64,000 bases of DNA from an uncultured delta proteobacterium (GCA_963733195.1 CAVTCR010000052.1:35713-99712); one strand, 5' to 3'; shown: positions 32,970-42,850, counted from the stretch's first letter. Numbers and translations: made by a program. Notes: a model not told the origin generated them from the letters alone.

Positions 32970-34049
32970 TTAGTACCGCTTAATAACCTGCGTGGCGAAA
33001 TCGCGAAACACTTTGCGACTGTATTCTCGTGGCGGTAACAACGTCACTTCCCGTAATCCCGCCCGTTCAGCCTGGCGTAGTTGGGCAATAATCTCGTCTG
33101 GCTCGCCTACGATCGTGGTCGCTCGAATCGCCTCGGGTGTGACAAAGCGACGCTCTTCAGGCATGAGAAACGTACAGTGCCCATTGTGAATTTGCATGTA
33201 GCGCTTCTCCGCAGGAGTCTTCATCGCTTTCACATGGGCACAATATGGCTCCCAAATGTTCGCGAAGGTGGGAGGAATCACTTCCTCCTTCTTGGTCTGT
33301 TGATAGATCTCATAAAAGAAATGGACAGCAGCCATCACTTGTGAACCACATTCATCAATCACTCGGTCGGAGGTTAACTTCTCGCCTGGTTTCAGAACGA
33401 CTGCAGTTGTCGCCGTTGCTGTGTGGAAAGGTGTCGGCAAGGTACGACCTTTGCGTGTCGCGTGTTCCCGGACGACGCGAAGCGGGTCGCTAATGAAGTC
33501 GGCACGTTCAGTGTAAACGGACATCAACCCGTCCCCATACTCAGCCGCAGCTCGTAGCGCCAACGGGCCATTAGCAGCGACGTAGATGGGAATAGAATCA
33601 TGGAGATTGATGAACTCCAAATCTTGGTGCAGAAAACGAATCGCACGCGTGACGCCATTGTGTGTGTACTCGACTTCTTCACCTTTCAAGAGCGCACGCA
33701 CGACACGTAGATACTCACGAAAGTCTGGGACGCGCATTGGGGCCATACCCATCACTCGCATGGCAGTATGCCCTGTGCCAATACCTAGAAAGACGCGGCC
33801 TGGGGCAATGCGGCCAATGGAGGCAATCGAATGTGCTGTGACCGGTGCGAGCCGAACACCGGGAATGGCCACTCCCGTGCCGATGTGAATACGAGAGGTA
33901 TTGTGCGCGACCAATGCTAAGGTGGCATAACAATCCGACCAGAGCATCTGCGAGTCCGGGATCCAGGCACGATCGTATCCGAGATCCTCAGCTTCCTTGA
34001 GCAGTTGCCAGTCGTCAATTTTAGTGGCCACCATAACGCCGAATTCCAT
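32970..34049 (-). CDS. LLM-class flavin/F420-dependent oxidoreductase
   Basis: AEDLGYDRAWIPDSQ, TSRIHIGTGV, GRVFLGIGTG and IPIYVAANGP; RBS before ATG 34049. Confidence 0.9.
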   Translation of the reverse strand: MEFGVMVATKIDDWQLLKEAEDLGYDRAWIPDSQMLWSDCYATLALVAHNTSRIHIGTGVAIPGVRLAPVTAHSIASIGRIAPGRVFLGIGTGHTAMRVMGMAPMRVPDFREYLRVVRALLKGEEVEYTHNGVTRAIRFLHQDLEFINLHDSIPIYVAANGPLALRAAAEYGDGLMSVYTERADFISDPLRVVREHATRKGRTLPTPFHTATATTAVVLKPGEKLTSDRVIDECGSQVMAAVHFFYEIYQQTKKEEVIPPTFANIWEPYCAHVKAMKTPAEKRYMQIHNGHCTFLMPEERRFVTPEAIRATTIVGEPDEIIAQLRQAERAGLREVTLLPPREYSRKVFRDFATQVIKRY

Positions 34050-34312
34050 TGTGGACCTCCTGTGGCGTTGATTTGAGTGACATAGTGAAGGTGATCCCCA
34101 AGCCTGTCGGCAGTATCCTTCACGCCTTCTCTGTGATTGACGTTTTCGTTGGGAAAAAGCAAGGGGAACCAACAGTAAATTCAGTAGAGCGATGTGGGGC
34201 ACGTGGCCCGCGCCAGCTCATTAGCGCGCTTCGCACGTCCTACGGTGGCTGAGGGATTGGCTTGTGGATACGTAACCGTTCTCTTATATTTACGTACTCG
34301 GAGGAACCCGAT

Positions 34313-34546
34313 ATGGCGCGTGCTCCACGATTAACGCCGGTACAGCGGAAAAACTTCTATCTGCGAGTTGATACCTTAAAGAAGGCGCAGAAAGCATTGG
34401 GCGCGAGAACTGAGACCGAAGCCGTCGAACGCGCTCTGGAATTAGTTGTATCGCAAGAGGACGCCCTCCTAGCGTTCCGAGAACTCTGTGAAAAGGGAGA
34501 GATCGAGGATGTCTTCGGCCACTACCGCAGGAGTCGCTTCCAGTAA
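34313..34546 (+). CDS. vapB: VapB-like antitoxin
   Basis: RKNFYL...LKKAQKALGARTETEAVERAL ribbon-helix-helix; overlaps the PIN gene. Confidence 0.8.
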   Translation: MARAPRLTPVQRKNFYLRVDTLKKAQKALGARTETEAVERALELVVSQEDALLAFRELCEKGEIEDVFGHYRRSRFQ

Positions 34547-34967
34547 ATCGATTTACGATACGAGCATCTACATTAACGCGATGCGTAATCGTGCGTATTA
34601 TGATGCGCTTCTTCCGCGTTTCGTTCGCTCGTTACCGACGACATATCTCTGCGCAGTCGTCGCGCAAGAGTTGAAGGCTGGGTGCCGCACTGCACAAACT
34701 CGTGGACAAGTGGAAGCGTTCTTTCTTCCCTTTCGACGGACGCGACGCTTGATCACCCCGGTTTTTCTCGATTGGGAAGAGACCGGAGACCTGTTAGCAC
34801 AGATGCTGAAGGAACGGCCGAACCTTAAGGATAAACTTCCACGCTTGATTAACGACACGCTCATTGCGTTATGTGGAGCACGAATCGGCGCAGTCATCTA
34901 TACTGCGAATGAGGATGACTTTTCCCTCATTCGAGACTACAAACGCTTTCACTTTGAAGTTATTTGA
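34509..34967 (+). CDS. vapC: PIN-domain toxin
   Basis: YDTSIYI, QEL, NDTLIA and YTANEDDF acidic tetrad. Confidence 0.88.
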   Translation: MSSATTAGVASSKSIYDTSIYINAMRNRAYYDALLPRFVRSLPTTYLCAVVAQELKAGCRTAQTRGQVEAFFLPFRRTRRLITPVFLDWEETGDLLAQMLKERPNLKDKLPRLINDTLIALCGARIGAVIYTANEDDFSLIRDYKRFHFEVI

Positions 34968-34999
34968 GTGTCGCGAACCGTCGAGCAATTGTGAAACGC

Positions 35000-35845
35000 A
35001 TGAAAATCAAAATTGGTGTCGCTCAGATTAACCCTCTCTTAGGCAACCTGGAAGCAAACCTCGACTTGTGTGAGCAAAATGTCCGCAAGGCAACGGCCCA
35101 GCAACTTGACTTACTTGTCTTCCCTGAATTGAGTTTGACCGGCTATCACGTGCGTGATCTGGTCTCTACGGTCGCGCTTGATCTCGACTCACCAGAAATG
35201 GCTCAGCTCAAAGAGTGGAGTCAGGACGTTCCGCTTGTTGTCGGGTTCGTTGAAGAAAGTGTTGATTTTCGTTTCTATAATTCAGCCGCGTATATTGCCG
35301 GAGGAGAAGTGCGGTACGTCCACCGCAAAGTGTATTTGCCGACTTACGGCATGTTTGATGAACAGCGGTATTTTGCTCGTGGGGATCAGGTCCGTGCATT
35401 TGACGCACCTTTCGGGCGTGCCTCACTATTAGTTTGTGAGGACCTCTGGCATCCTTCAACTGTCTATCTTGCTGCGCTCGATCGAGCCCTGTTTGTTATC
35501 TGTCCATCTAGTAGCCCACTCCGTGGTATCTCTGATGGTGAGGTGCAAGACGACAACGCACGATACTGGGAGTTGATTAACCGCTCATATGCTGAGACGT
35601 TTGGCCTCTTCGTTATTTACGCGAACCGCGTTGGCTTCGAGGATGGAGTCGGCTTCTGGGGTGGTTCGGAAATCCTTGATCCATTCGGTCGTCGTTTAGC
35701 CAAGGGGCGTTACTACGAGGAAGATTTTATCACCGCGGAACTCTCATTGGATTTGGTACGACGGAAACGCGTTGCGTCACCGCTGCTTCGTGATGAAGAT
35801 CTTGATCTGACTATTAACGAGCTGATGCGGATTCGCGGAAGATGA
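35000..35845 (+). CDS. Carbon-nitrogen hydrolase resembling the NadE glutaminase domain
   Basis: FPELSLTGY, RKVYLPTYGMFDEQRYF and VCEDLWH (E-K-C triad). Confidence 0.88.
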   Translation: MKIKIGVAQINPLLGNLEANLDLCEQNVRKATAQQLDLLVFPELSLTGYHVRDLVSTVALDLDSPEMAQLKEWSQDVPLVVGFVEESVDFRFYNSAAYIAGGEVRYVHRKVYLPTYGMFDEQRYFARGDQVRAFDAPFGRASLLVCEDLWHPSTVYLAALDRALFVICPSSSPLRGISDGEVQDDNARYWELINRSYAETFGLFVIYANRVGFEDGVGFWGGSEILDPFGRRLAKGRYYEEDFITAELSLDLVRRKRVASPLLRDEDLDLTINELMRIRGR

Positions 35846-35849
35846 ACTC

Positions 35850-35948
35850 GGGGACAAGGATAAGGGGTAAGGGTAAGGGTACAAATGAAGGAGTCGTGGA
35901 TTCTGGAAACTTCTTTCTTTTTATCCTTTTCCCTTTATCCTTTATCCT
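35850..35948. repeat. Inverted heptamer arrays (aggataa/ttatcct family)
   Basis: ggacaaggataaggggtaagggtaaggg ... ttatccttttccctttatcctttatcct. Confidence 0.72.
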
Positions 35949-36024
35949 CTTTTTCTCCTTGACGCTTGCCTAGCCAACGCGCTAGTCTCCAGCCCACTAA
36001 GACAGTTAAGGAGTTGTGCTCTGC

Positions 36025-37857
36025 ATGAAAACGGTCGTGCTGATTAAACAGGTCCCGGTGGTGTCGGCTATGAAACTCGACCCCGAGACCAAAACCCTTA
36101 AACGTGAGGGCGTTCCTTCAGAAGTCAGCTCATTTGATGTCCGGGCGTTGCTGAAAGCTATTGAATTGCGCAACAACCATGGTGGTGAAGTTGTCGCGTT
36201 AACGATGGGGCCACCCCAAGCGAAAGCAGCGCTGGAATACTGCCTCGCGTTAGGAGCAGACCGCGCCATTCATCTCGAAGATCGGGCGTTTGCGGGAGCC
36301 GATACGCTGGCTACTGCCCGTGCTTTGGCCCTTGCTCTCAAACGTGAAGGTTACGATCTTATTCTTTGTGGTCGTCACAGCACTGATGCTGAAACTGGCC
36401 AGGTCGGCCCGGAAGTAGCAGAGCTTCTCGACCTCCCGCAGGTCACAGCCGTAGCGAAGCTCACTGTGAATGGCACTGTGCTCGCTGTTGAGCGTGAGAC
36501 CGATAGTGGGTTTGAAACTGTTGAGTGTCCGCTGCCTGCCCTTCTGTCAGCGACTGAAGATTTAGCTCCAGAGAAATTTCCCAATAAAGCGGACAAAGAG
36601 AAAGCCAAAGAAAAGCCGATCCAAACCGTAACGGCAAGTGATCTTTCTTCAGACCTGGCTCAGTTTGGTGCTGCTGGCTCGCCCACGTGGGTAGAATCAG
36701 TGCAAACTGTCGAGGTTGCGCGCGAGAAGAAGATCCTCGAAGGTGACCTGCCGACGCAAGTGCAGACACTTGTCCAGGCGCTGCTTGAGCGTGGTCTATA
36801 TGGCAAATGGGTTGGTGAAGATGAGGACGCGAGACCCCAAACCACCAAAAAATCGAGCGGTGGCAAAGCCGTCTGGGTTGTAGCGGAAACGCTTGGTACC
36901 GCCTTGCGACCGATCACGCTCGAATTGTTAGGCAAAGCAATTGAGCTGTCGGCCAAGTATGGCGGCGAAGTCGGTGTTCTCTTGATAGGCAGTGGCGTTG
37001 ATCAGCATGTCGCGACACTCGCTCTGCATGGTGCCGATGTTGTGTATCTGGCTGAGCATCGACGTCTCGACCCATACAGCACAGACATTTACACTGCGTT
37101 GATGACCAAGACGATCCGAACCCATCAGCCTGGTGTGGTATTGCTCGGTTCAACTGCGATTGGCCGTGATGTTGCCCCGCGTGTGGCGGCGCGCCTTGGT
37201 CTCGGGCTCACGGGTGACTGTGTTGACCTTGATGTGAACGACAGAGGCCAACTGTTGCAATACAAGCCTGCCTTTGGTGGTAACATCGTCGCACCGATTC
37301 TTTCTCGTACAACCCCCGAAATGGCCACAGTTCGCCCAGGCATGTTGAAAAAAGCGAAACCAGTGCCTGGACGCCAAGCGCGGATTGAGATGCTCTGGCC
37401 GGATGACGCGGTTACAAGTCGTGTCAAGGTTGTTTCGCAAAATAATGCCGACGCCGGCAACGCCGCTGCGCTTGATTCCGCCGAGATTGCTGTCGGCATT
37501 GGCAAAGGCATCGGGGGGGTCGCCAATTTCCCTGTGATTGAGAAACTTGCCGAGGTGCTCGGTGGCGCGCCGCTCGCGGCAACCCGTGACATCGTGGATT
37601 TGGGTTGGCTTCCACGACAGCATCAAATCGGTCTCACTGGTCGTGCGATTTCTCCGAAATTGTACTTCGCGATTGGTATTCGTGGAGCGTTTGAACACAC
37701 TGTCGGTATTCGCCGCTCTGGAACAATCGTGGCGATCAACAAGAACGCGAAAGCGTTGATATTCCAAAATGCTGACTTTGGTATCGTTGGTGACTATGCT
37801 GAGGTTGTGCCATTATTGACGGCCGCTTTGGTAGAGGCGAAGACGAAACGAGCGTAA
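36025..37857 (+). CDS. Fused electron transfer flavoprotein beta-alpha
   Basis: N-half IKQVP, GADTLATA, DAETGQVG; C-half LTGDC, PAFGGN, QIGLTG, GIRGAFEH; one uninterrupted ORF. Confidence 0.92.
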   Translation: MKTVVLIKQVPVVSAMKLDPETKTLKREGVPSEVSSFDVRALLKAIELRNNHGGEVVALTMGPPQAKAALEYCLALGADRAIHLEDRAFAGADTLATARALALALKREGYDLILCGRHSTDAETGQVGPEVAELLDLPQVTAVAKLTVNGTVLAVERETDSGFETVECPLPALLSATEDLAPEKFPNKADKEKAKEKPIQTVTASDLSSDLAQFGAAGSPTWVESVQTVEVAREKKILEGDLPTQVQTLVQALLERGLYGKWVGEDEDARPQTTKKSSGGKAVWVVAETLGTALRPITLELLGKAIELSAKYGGEVGVLLIGSGVDQHVATLALHGADVVYLAEHRRLDPYSTDIYTALMTKTIRTHQPGVVLLGSTAIGRDVAPRVAARLGLGLTGDCVDLDVNDRGQLLQYKPAFGGNIVAPILSRTTPEMATVRPGMLKKAKPVPGRQARIEMLWPDDAVTSRVKVVSQNNADAGNAAALDSAEIAVGIGKGIGGVANFPVIEKLAEVLGGAPLAATRDIVDLGWLPRQHQIGLTGRAISPKLYFAIGIRGAFEHTVGIRRSGTIVAINKNAKALIFQNADFGIVGDYAEVVPLLTAALVEAKTKRA

Positions 37858-37963
37858 CAAAGGAAAACGGGAGTGTAGGTTTGGATTGAGGGGAGGAGTA
37901 AGAGAACACGCATCATACGTAACGAAATATGTAAAACGTAACACGCAACACGTATCACCCATC

Positions 37964-38308
37964 ATGAAGAACGCGGGCTTCTCCCTCTTGGAAACTCTTG
38001 TCGCCCTGACCGTGTTTTCCATTGCTTCTGTGGCACTTACCTCCGGAGTGACCACAAGTATCCGTGCTAATAACACCAGCGAACATCTCACCCGCGCTAC
38101 TGTTCTCGCTCAAGATAAACTAGAAGCGTTGCTTGCCAGCGGCCCGATATTCGTGGCTGGCAGTGACGTTCCTCGTGCGGGTTTCACCCGAACCTGGACG
38201 ATCTTGACCGATACTCCGCAGGTCGGAGTCTCACAAATCGATATTTCTGTTTCGTGGATGGATTACACTTCTCATACCATTACTGTCACCACGGTAATTA
38301 ATGAATAG
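37964..38308 (+). CDS. PilV-like minor type IV pilin
   Basis: MKNAG|FSLLETLVAL class III signal. Confidence 0.85.
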   Translation: MKNAGFSLLETLVALTVFSIASVALTSGVTTSIRANNTSEHLTRATVLAQDKLEALLASGPIFVAGSDVPRAGFTRTWTILTDTPQVGVSQIDISVSWMDYTSHTITVTTVINE

Positions 38309-38320
38309 AAAGGATGAGTC

Positions 38321-39157
38321 ATGTGCCTAGAGCCTAGCAAGCTGCTGAAGAGATCGAGACTACGCCCTTCGACTCCGCTGCGCGTAGTTTATCCTGAGCC
38401 TTGTCGAAGGGCTCAGGGTGAACGGGAATACCTAGGCTTCGTATTTTGGCCGTTCGTGCTGAACGTCGCGCAGAGGGCGAAGTCGAAGCATGAACGGCTT
38501 TTTCAGCATCCAGCTACAGCTTACAGCCTGAAGTCTACAGCCTCTTCTGGTCTGACTGTACTTGAATTGGTGGTTGCAATGGGTGTCGCTGGGCTGTTCT
38601 ACGGTGTGCTGTACAATTTCTATCTGCTGCATGCCCGTGCGCTGAAAGTGCAGGAGATCAAACTCGATCTGCAAGAGAGTAGTCGCTTGGCGATCGACTT
38701 TCTCGTGCGTGAACTGCACTTCGCTGGGGCACGACCGATACAAGGGACAGGTTGCCCTGGTTTCGAGCGTCTGACGAACGCCGAGAGTCAGCGCATCACC
38801 TTGCAGTATGATTATCGTGGTAATAGTACTGGGTCCACAGCTGACGGCTGTCCAGATGATCCCAATGAGCGCATTGTTTATGTGTACGAGCCAGACACCC
38901 AGCTGATCAAACGCGCCTCCGGCGGAGGCGCGCCACAACCGTTTATCGGAGATGTTCCGTCGAGCGGTTTTCTCATGCGCTATTTTGATCGCGATGGCAC
39001 TGATCTCGGCTCACCCCTGAATGCAGATCAGCGTGCGGCGGTTCGCAGCATTGTCGTTACCGTCCGTACCAGCAAGCGCCACCCTGACCCCCAAATCACT
39101 GAACCATTAACCTCGGAACATACCTCTACCATCTTTCTTCCGAATCCAGCGAGGTAA
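38321..39157 (+). CDS. PilW-like minor pilin with a repeat-expanded leader
   Basis: SG|LTVLELVVAM and SRLAIDFLVRELHFAG; RBS aagga before the ATG. Confidence 0.82.
   Translation: MCLEPSKLLKRSRLRPSTPLRVVYPEPCRRAQGEREYLGFVFWPFVLNVAQRAKSKHERLFQHPATAYSLKSTASSGLTVLELVVAMGVAGLFYGVLYNFYLLHARALKVQEIKLDLQESSRLAIDFLVRELHFAGARPIQGTGCPGFERLTNAESQRITLQYDYRGNSTGSTADGCPDDPNERIVYVYEPDTQLIKRASGGGAPQPFIGDVPSSGFLMRYFDRDGTDLGSPLNADQRAAVRSIVVTVRTSKRHPDPQITEPLTSEHTSTIFLPNPAR
38335..38516. mobile_element. 180-bp MITE-like insertion carrying REP palindromes, flanked by TA
   Basis: Imperfect terminal IRs tagcaagctgctgaaga / tttttcagcatccagcta; internal cccttcgac...gtcgaaggg and ccgttcgtgctga...gtcgaagcatgaacgg. Confidence 0.72.
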
Positions 39158-39162
39158 CCTCC

Positions 39163-40578
39163 ATGTCACTCGTCAATCCGCAGTCGGCAATCATCAATTC
39201 TTCTGAATCCGGGATCGTTCTGATTACGACACTGATCTTGATGGTCCTCCTGTTATTTATTGGTGTCAGTGGGCTCGCGTTGAGTCGTACTGATGTCATG
39301 ATCGCGCGTAATCTGCTCAGCGGAGTACAAACTCTCTGGATTGCTCGTGCTGGGACAGCGGTCGGGAGAAACTGGCTCGAAACAAGTTTTTCGCCTGCCG
39401 TACTTCCTGTTTCTATCGGCCCGATAACATTTGCAAATGGAACATATAGTGTTGAGGTAGCAACCCTCGGTAACGGTTTGTATCGGTTTACCTCAACTGG
39501 AAGAGGACCAGAAGGTTCACGAAGAGTTATTGAGGAGATTGTCCACGTTCCTGATTTCGTTCCCACCGGGGTTGTCATCAATGATGGCGATGGGCTGCAC
39601 CCAGATTTTGACGATCACGGGAGCGGAACTGGACGCCGCATTCCCAGCTTTAGCGTAGACGCTCGCAACCATGCTTCAGACGGCTCGCTGTCGTCAGATT
39701 GTCCGGCGGCTGTGCCGTTCGCGACGACCCAAGCCGCTGCGCAGGCGGATCTGCTTGCCGCCATAGCCACACTGCAACGGGAGATCGTTACCCGTGCGAA
39801 TGCGTTTTGTCTTGCCAGCGGTAGTAGCACTGCTGATGGCACCTGCACTCCGGGACTGTCCTGGGTTCGGGGTACTGCTTCTCTTCCGCGTTTCCGCACG
39901 GATTCGTGTGTCGGGACTGACCCGACGTGCTTTGTGAATCTTGACCTTGCCCAAGCAGGACTTCGAGCCACGGCGTTCCCGCCAGCCTCGTATCTTCCCG
40001 CGGCACCGCAGAATCGCGGACCGTTTACACCTACTGCAACAACTCCCGCACCGATGGTGACGCTCCTTGCGACAAGTGAACAAACCCGCCTGCGTACCGC
40101 GCTTGATGAGATCGCCCAGCGTGTCACTGCGTTGCCAAGTACGAGTACTGTTAGAATCACTGACAGTATAACTTCAGGAACGCATATCTATGGAACTCCT
40201 GATACGCCGAAGATCACCGTCATTGAGGAGGGGACCGGAGCCCTTGAGATAAGCGGTGGAGCGATAGTGAACGGTGTCGGGATTCTGCTGGTGCCCCGTA
40301 TTGTCCAGCTGAAAAATGCCACCTTAAATTGGCGCGGTATGGTTTTCATTATTGGCGACGGAGATTTGCGTGTCGAAGAGTCCACTGCCTGCGGACAGAT
40401 CACTGGCTCGGTGGCAATTCGTGACGATGCGACCTTTGATCGTAAGTTCGATCTCGACCTGGTTGAAGCAACGAACGACTGCTCTCCCTTTGCAGTGAAT
40501 TACAGTTGTGAAGCCACGACGCGTGCCTTGGCATTGTTAGCGCAGACCGTGTCATGGACTGAGAAGTTTGATGGATAA
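39163..40578 (+). CDS. PilX-like minor pilin with a large Cys-containing C-terminal region
   Basis: ESG|IVLITTLILM without Glu+5, ARN...WIARAG, and terminal VSWTE. Confidence 0.8.
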   Translation: MSLVNPQSAIINSSESGIVLITTLILMVLLLFIGVSGLALSRTDVMIARNLLSGVQTLWIARAGTAVGRNWLETSFSPAVLPVSIGPITFANGTYSVEVATLGNGLYRFTSTGRGPEGSRRVIEEIVHVPDFVPTGVVINDGDGLHPDFDDHGSGTGRRIPSFSVDARNHASDGSLSSDCPAAVPFATTQAAAQADLLAAIATLQREIVTRANAFCLASGSSTADGTCTPGLSWVRGTASLPRFRTDSCVGTDPTCFVNLDLAQAGLRATAFPPASYLPAAPQNRGPFTPTATTPAPMVTLLATSEQTRLRTALDEIAQRVTALPSTSTVRITDSITSGTHIYGTPDTPKITVIEEGTGALEISGGAIVNGVGILLVPRIVQLKNATLNWRGMVFIIGDGDLRVEESTACGQITGSVAIRDDATFDRKFDLDLVEATNDCSPFAVNYSCEATTRALALLAQTVSWTEKFDG

Positions 40579-41284
40579 ATTGGGTTACAGAACATTCGTG
40601 CACTTTACGCTACGACCCCTCGGGCGTGTCATTCTGAGCGGAGCGAAGAATCTCTTTGAGAGACCCTTCGTTTCACTCAGGGTGACAACAAAGAAACTTG
40701 CCGTCATTCCGGCAGAAGCCGGAATCCAGGAGGCGGGGGATGGATTCCGGGTCGCGGCCTGCGGCCTTGCCCGGAATGACGAAGAGGGTGTCTATCGGCA
40801 TCACGTTCCCACTCACGATGCCGGCTTTACCCTACTAGAAGTAGTCATTGCTCTGACGCTTCTTGGTATTCTAGGGGCTGTTCTCACCCTCCAGCTCCGA
40901 CCGTTGCTTGCGCAAACGCGTCTGCACGACGCGACCCGGCAGATGGTGGCCAACCTGCAATACGTTCGGATGAAAGCAGTCTCACAAAACTGTCGCCTTC
41001 GTGTCACATTTCATCCAACTAGCCATGACTACGTCGTGGACAAAGATCAAGACGGAGTATGGCAGCGACAACTGCTTCACTCCCATAGCGCGGAAGTGGT
41101 TGCTGAGGCCACGATCCCTCTTCCCCGTGACGTTCGTATTGCGGCAGTCAACTCCGGTGGAGATGTGATCTTTTTGCCGCGTGGCGCTGTTGACGGAGGA
41201 ATCTCTATTACTCTCGGAACTGTGGGTGGAGGAGAAACCCGACGTGTCGTTGTTAACCTTGCTGGCCGAGTGCGCGTGGAATAA
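40571..41284 (+). CDS. FimT/GspH-like minor pilin with a REP-expanded leader
   Basis: AG|FTLLEVVIAL, LQYVRMKAV, IFLPRG and VVVNLAGRVR; start overlaps the upstream stop. Confidence 0.85.
   Translation: MDKLGYRTFVHFTLRPLGRVILSGAKNLFERPFVSLRVTTKKLAVIPAEAGIQEAGDGFRVAACGLARNDEEGVYRHHVPTHDAGFTLLEVVIALTLLGILGAVLTLQLRPLLAQTRLHDATRQMVANLQYVRMKAVSQNCRLRVTFHPTSHDYVVDKDQDGVWQRQLLHSHSAEVVAEATIPLPRDVRIAAVNSGGDVIFLPRGAVDGGISITLGTVGGGETRRVVVNLAGRVRVE
40627..40781. repeat. Two REP doublets in frame in the pilin leader
   Basis: tgtcattctgag...ctcagggtgaca (40627-40687) and cgtcattccgg...ccggaatgacg (40702-40781). Confidence 0.8.
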
Positions 41285-41377
41285 AGAGAACGAAATAATC
41301 GCCGATACCTGTCACTAGGTTCATTTGCAGTGTACGGCAGAGATTTCTATACTCTTCAGTAGAATGCATTTTCTAGG

Positions 41378-42181
41378 TTGGGGGTTCCAGTGATTCTTGC
41401 GGCAGAATATCCACTACTGTTTCTGTTTTTCGTCTTCGTTTTTGGTGCGTGCGTCGGTAGCTTTCTCAATGTCTGCATCTGTCGCTTACCAGTAAACGAA
41501 TCGGTAGTTTCCCCACCGTCTCACTGTCGCGCGTGCAAAGCCTTATTACCTTGGCATGATAATCTACCGCTGCTTGGTTACCTGATGCGGCGAGGGCGTT
41601 GTGGTTCGTGTGGAGAGAAGTTTTCTATCCGCTATTTCATGGTCGAGCTGCTCACCGGCCTCCTTGCTGTTGTCTTGACTTGGCAGTTTGGCCCTAGCCT
41701 TACCACACTTGGATACTTTGCTTTCGCTGCAGCGCTTGTAGTGATTACGTTCATTGATCTCGATCATCAAATCATTCCAGATGTGATTAGCCTTCCTGGT
41801 GTCCTCGCTGGGCTGTTGTTCTCCTTACTTTCTCCGCTACCGACCTTAACCTTATGGACTTCCTTTATCGGTGCACTCGTTGGGGGTGGGACTTTACTTG
41901 CCGTCGCTCTTGGCTACCAACTGCTGACCGGACGCGAAGGGATGGGTGGTGGAGATGTCAAATTACTGGCCATGATTGGTGCGTTTCTCGGTTGGCGAGC
42001 GATTCCTTTCACTATTTTCATAGCCTCGCTCCTTGGTTCCATTGTTGGAGTGACAGCGATGATTCGCAATCGTGCTGATAGCAAGCTTGCACTGCCCTTT
42101 GGCCCGTTCCTTTCTTTTGGTGCACTAAGCTACCTCTTCATTGGTGAGTCGCTCATCGCCTGGTACCTAGGGCTGTTGTAG
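41378..42181 (+). CDS. pilD: Prepilin peptidase/N-methyltransferase
   Basis: GSFLNV, SHCRAC, RCGSC, FIDL, MGGGDVKL and PFGPFL. Confidence 0.95.
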   Translation: MGVPVILAAEYPLLFLFFVFVFGACVGSFLNVCICRLPVNESVVSPPSHCRACKALLPWHDNLPLLGYLMRRGRCGSCGEKFSIRYFMVELLTGLLAVVLTWQFGPSLTTLGYFAFAAALVVITFIDLDHQIIPDVISLPGVLAGLLFSLLSPLPTLTLWTSFIGALVGGGTLLAVALGYQLLTGREGMGGGDVKLLAMIGAFLGWRAIPFTIFIASLLGSIVGVTAMIRNRADSKLALPFGPFLSFGALSYLFIGESLIAWYLGLL

Positions 42182-42208
42182 CCCCTAAGAGTCGGGTATG
42201 TTCTTGCC

Positions 42209-42850
42209 ATGCCCGGCGTTTTTATCTCCTTTGAAGGGATTGAAGGCTGCGGGAAGAGCACGCAGATACAGTTCCTAGCGGATACCCTACGGTCGCACGG
42301 CCGTGAGGTGGTCATGACTCGTGAGCCGGGTGGCACCGCGCTTGGGCAGATTTTACGAAAATTGCTGTTGGAACCGATCACTCCGCTTGCTCTCGGTGCC
42401 GAAGTGCTGATGATGCTCGCCGATCGCGCGCAGCACATCCAGGAAGTGATTGCGCCCGCGCTCAATGCGAATCAACTAGTGCTCTGTGATCGCTTCCTTG
42501 ACTCGACTATCGCGTATCAAGGCTATGGTCGCAAGATTGATCTATCACTGCTAGCACAGATCAACACCTTTGCTTGTGGCGGTTATGTACCTGCACTGAC
42601 ATTTTTGCTCGACGTCCCTGTCGCTGAGGGGTTACGCCGAGCTCAAAAACGACGCGGGAACGAAACCGCGGATCATTTTGAGGTAGAGTCGGTTGCTTTT
42701 CACGAACGTGTTCGTGACGGGTTCTTGTCTGTAGCTCGTGTGGAGCCTCACCGCGTTCGTGTGCTCGACTCTACGCGTCCGCTCGACGTTGTACGACAAG
42801 AGATTGTTGCGATTGTGCAGCAACGCTTCGCAAAAGAAATCGGCCTTTAA
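42209..42850 (+). CDS. tmk: Thymidylate kinase
   Basis: FEGIEGCGKST, TREPGGT and CDRFLDSTIAYQG. Confidence 0.96.
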   Translation: MPGVFISFEGIEGCGKSTQIQFLADTLRSHGREVVMTREPGGTALGQILRKLLLEPITPLALGAEVLMMLADRAQHIQEVIAPALNANQLVLCDRFLDSTIAYQGYGRKIDLSLLAQINTFACGGYVPALTFLLDVPVAEGLRRAQKRRGNETADHFEVESVAFHERVRDGFLSVARVEPHRVRVLDSTRPLDVVRQEIVAIVQQRFAKEIGL

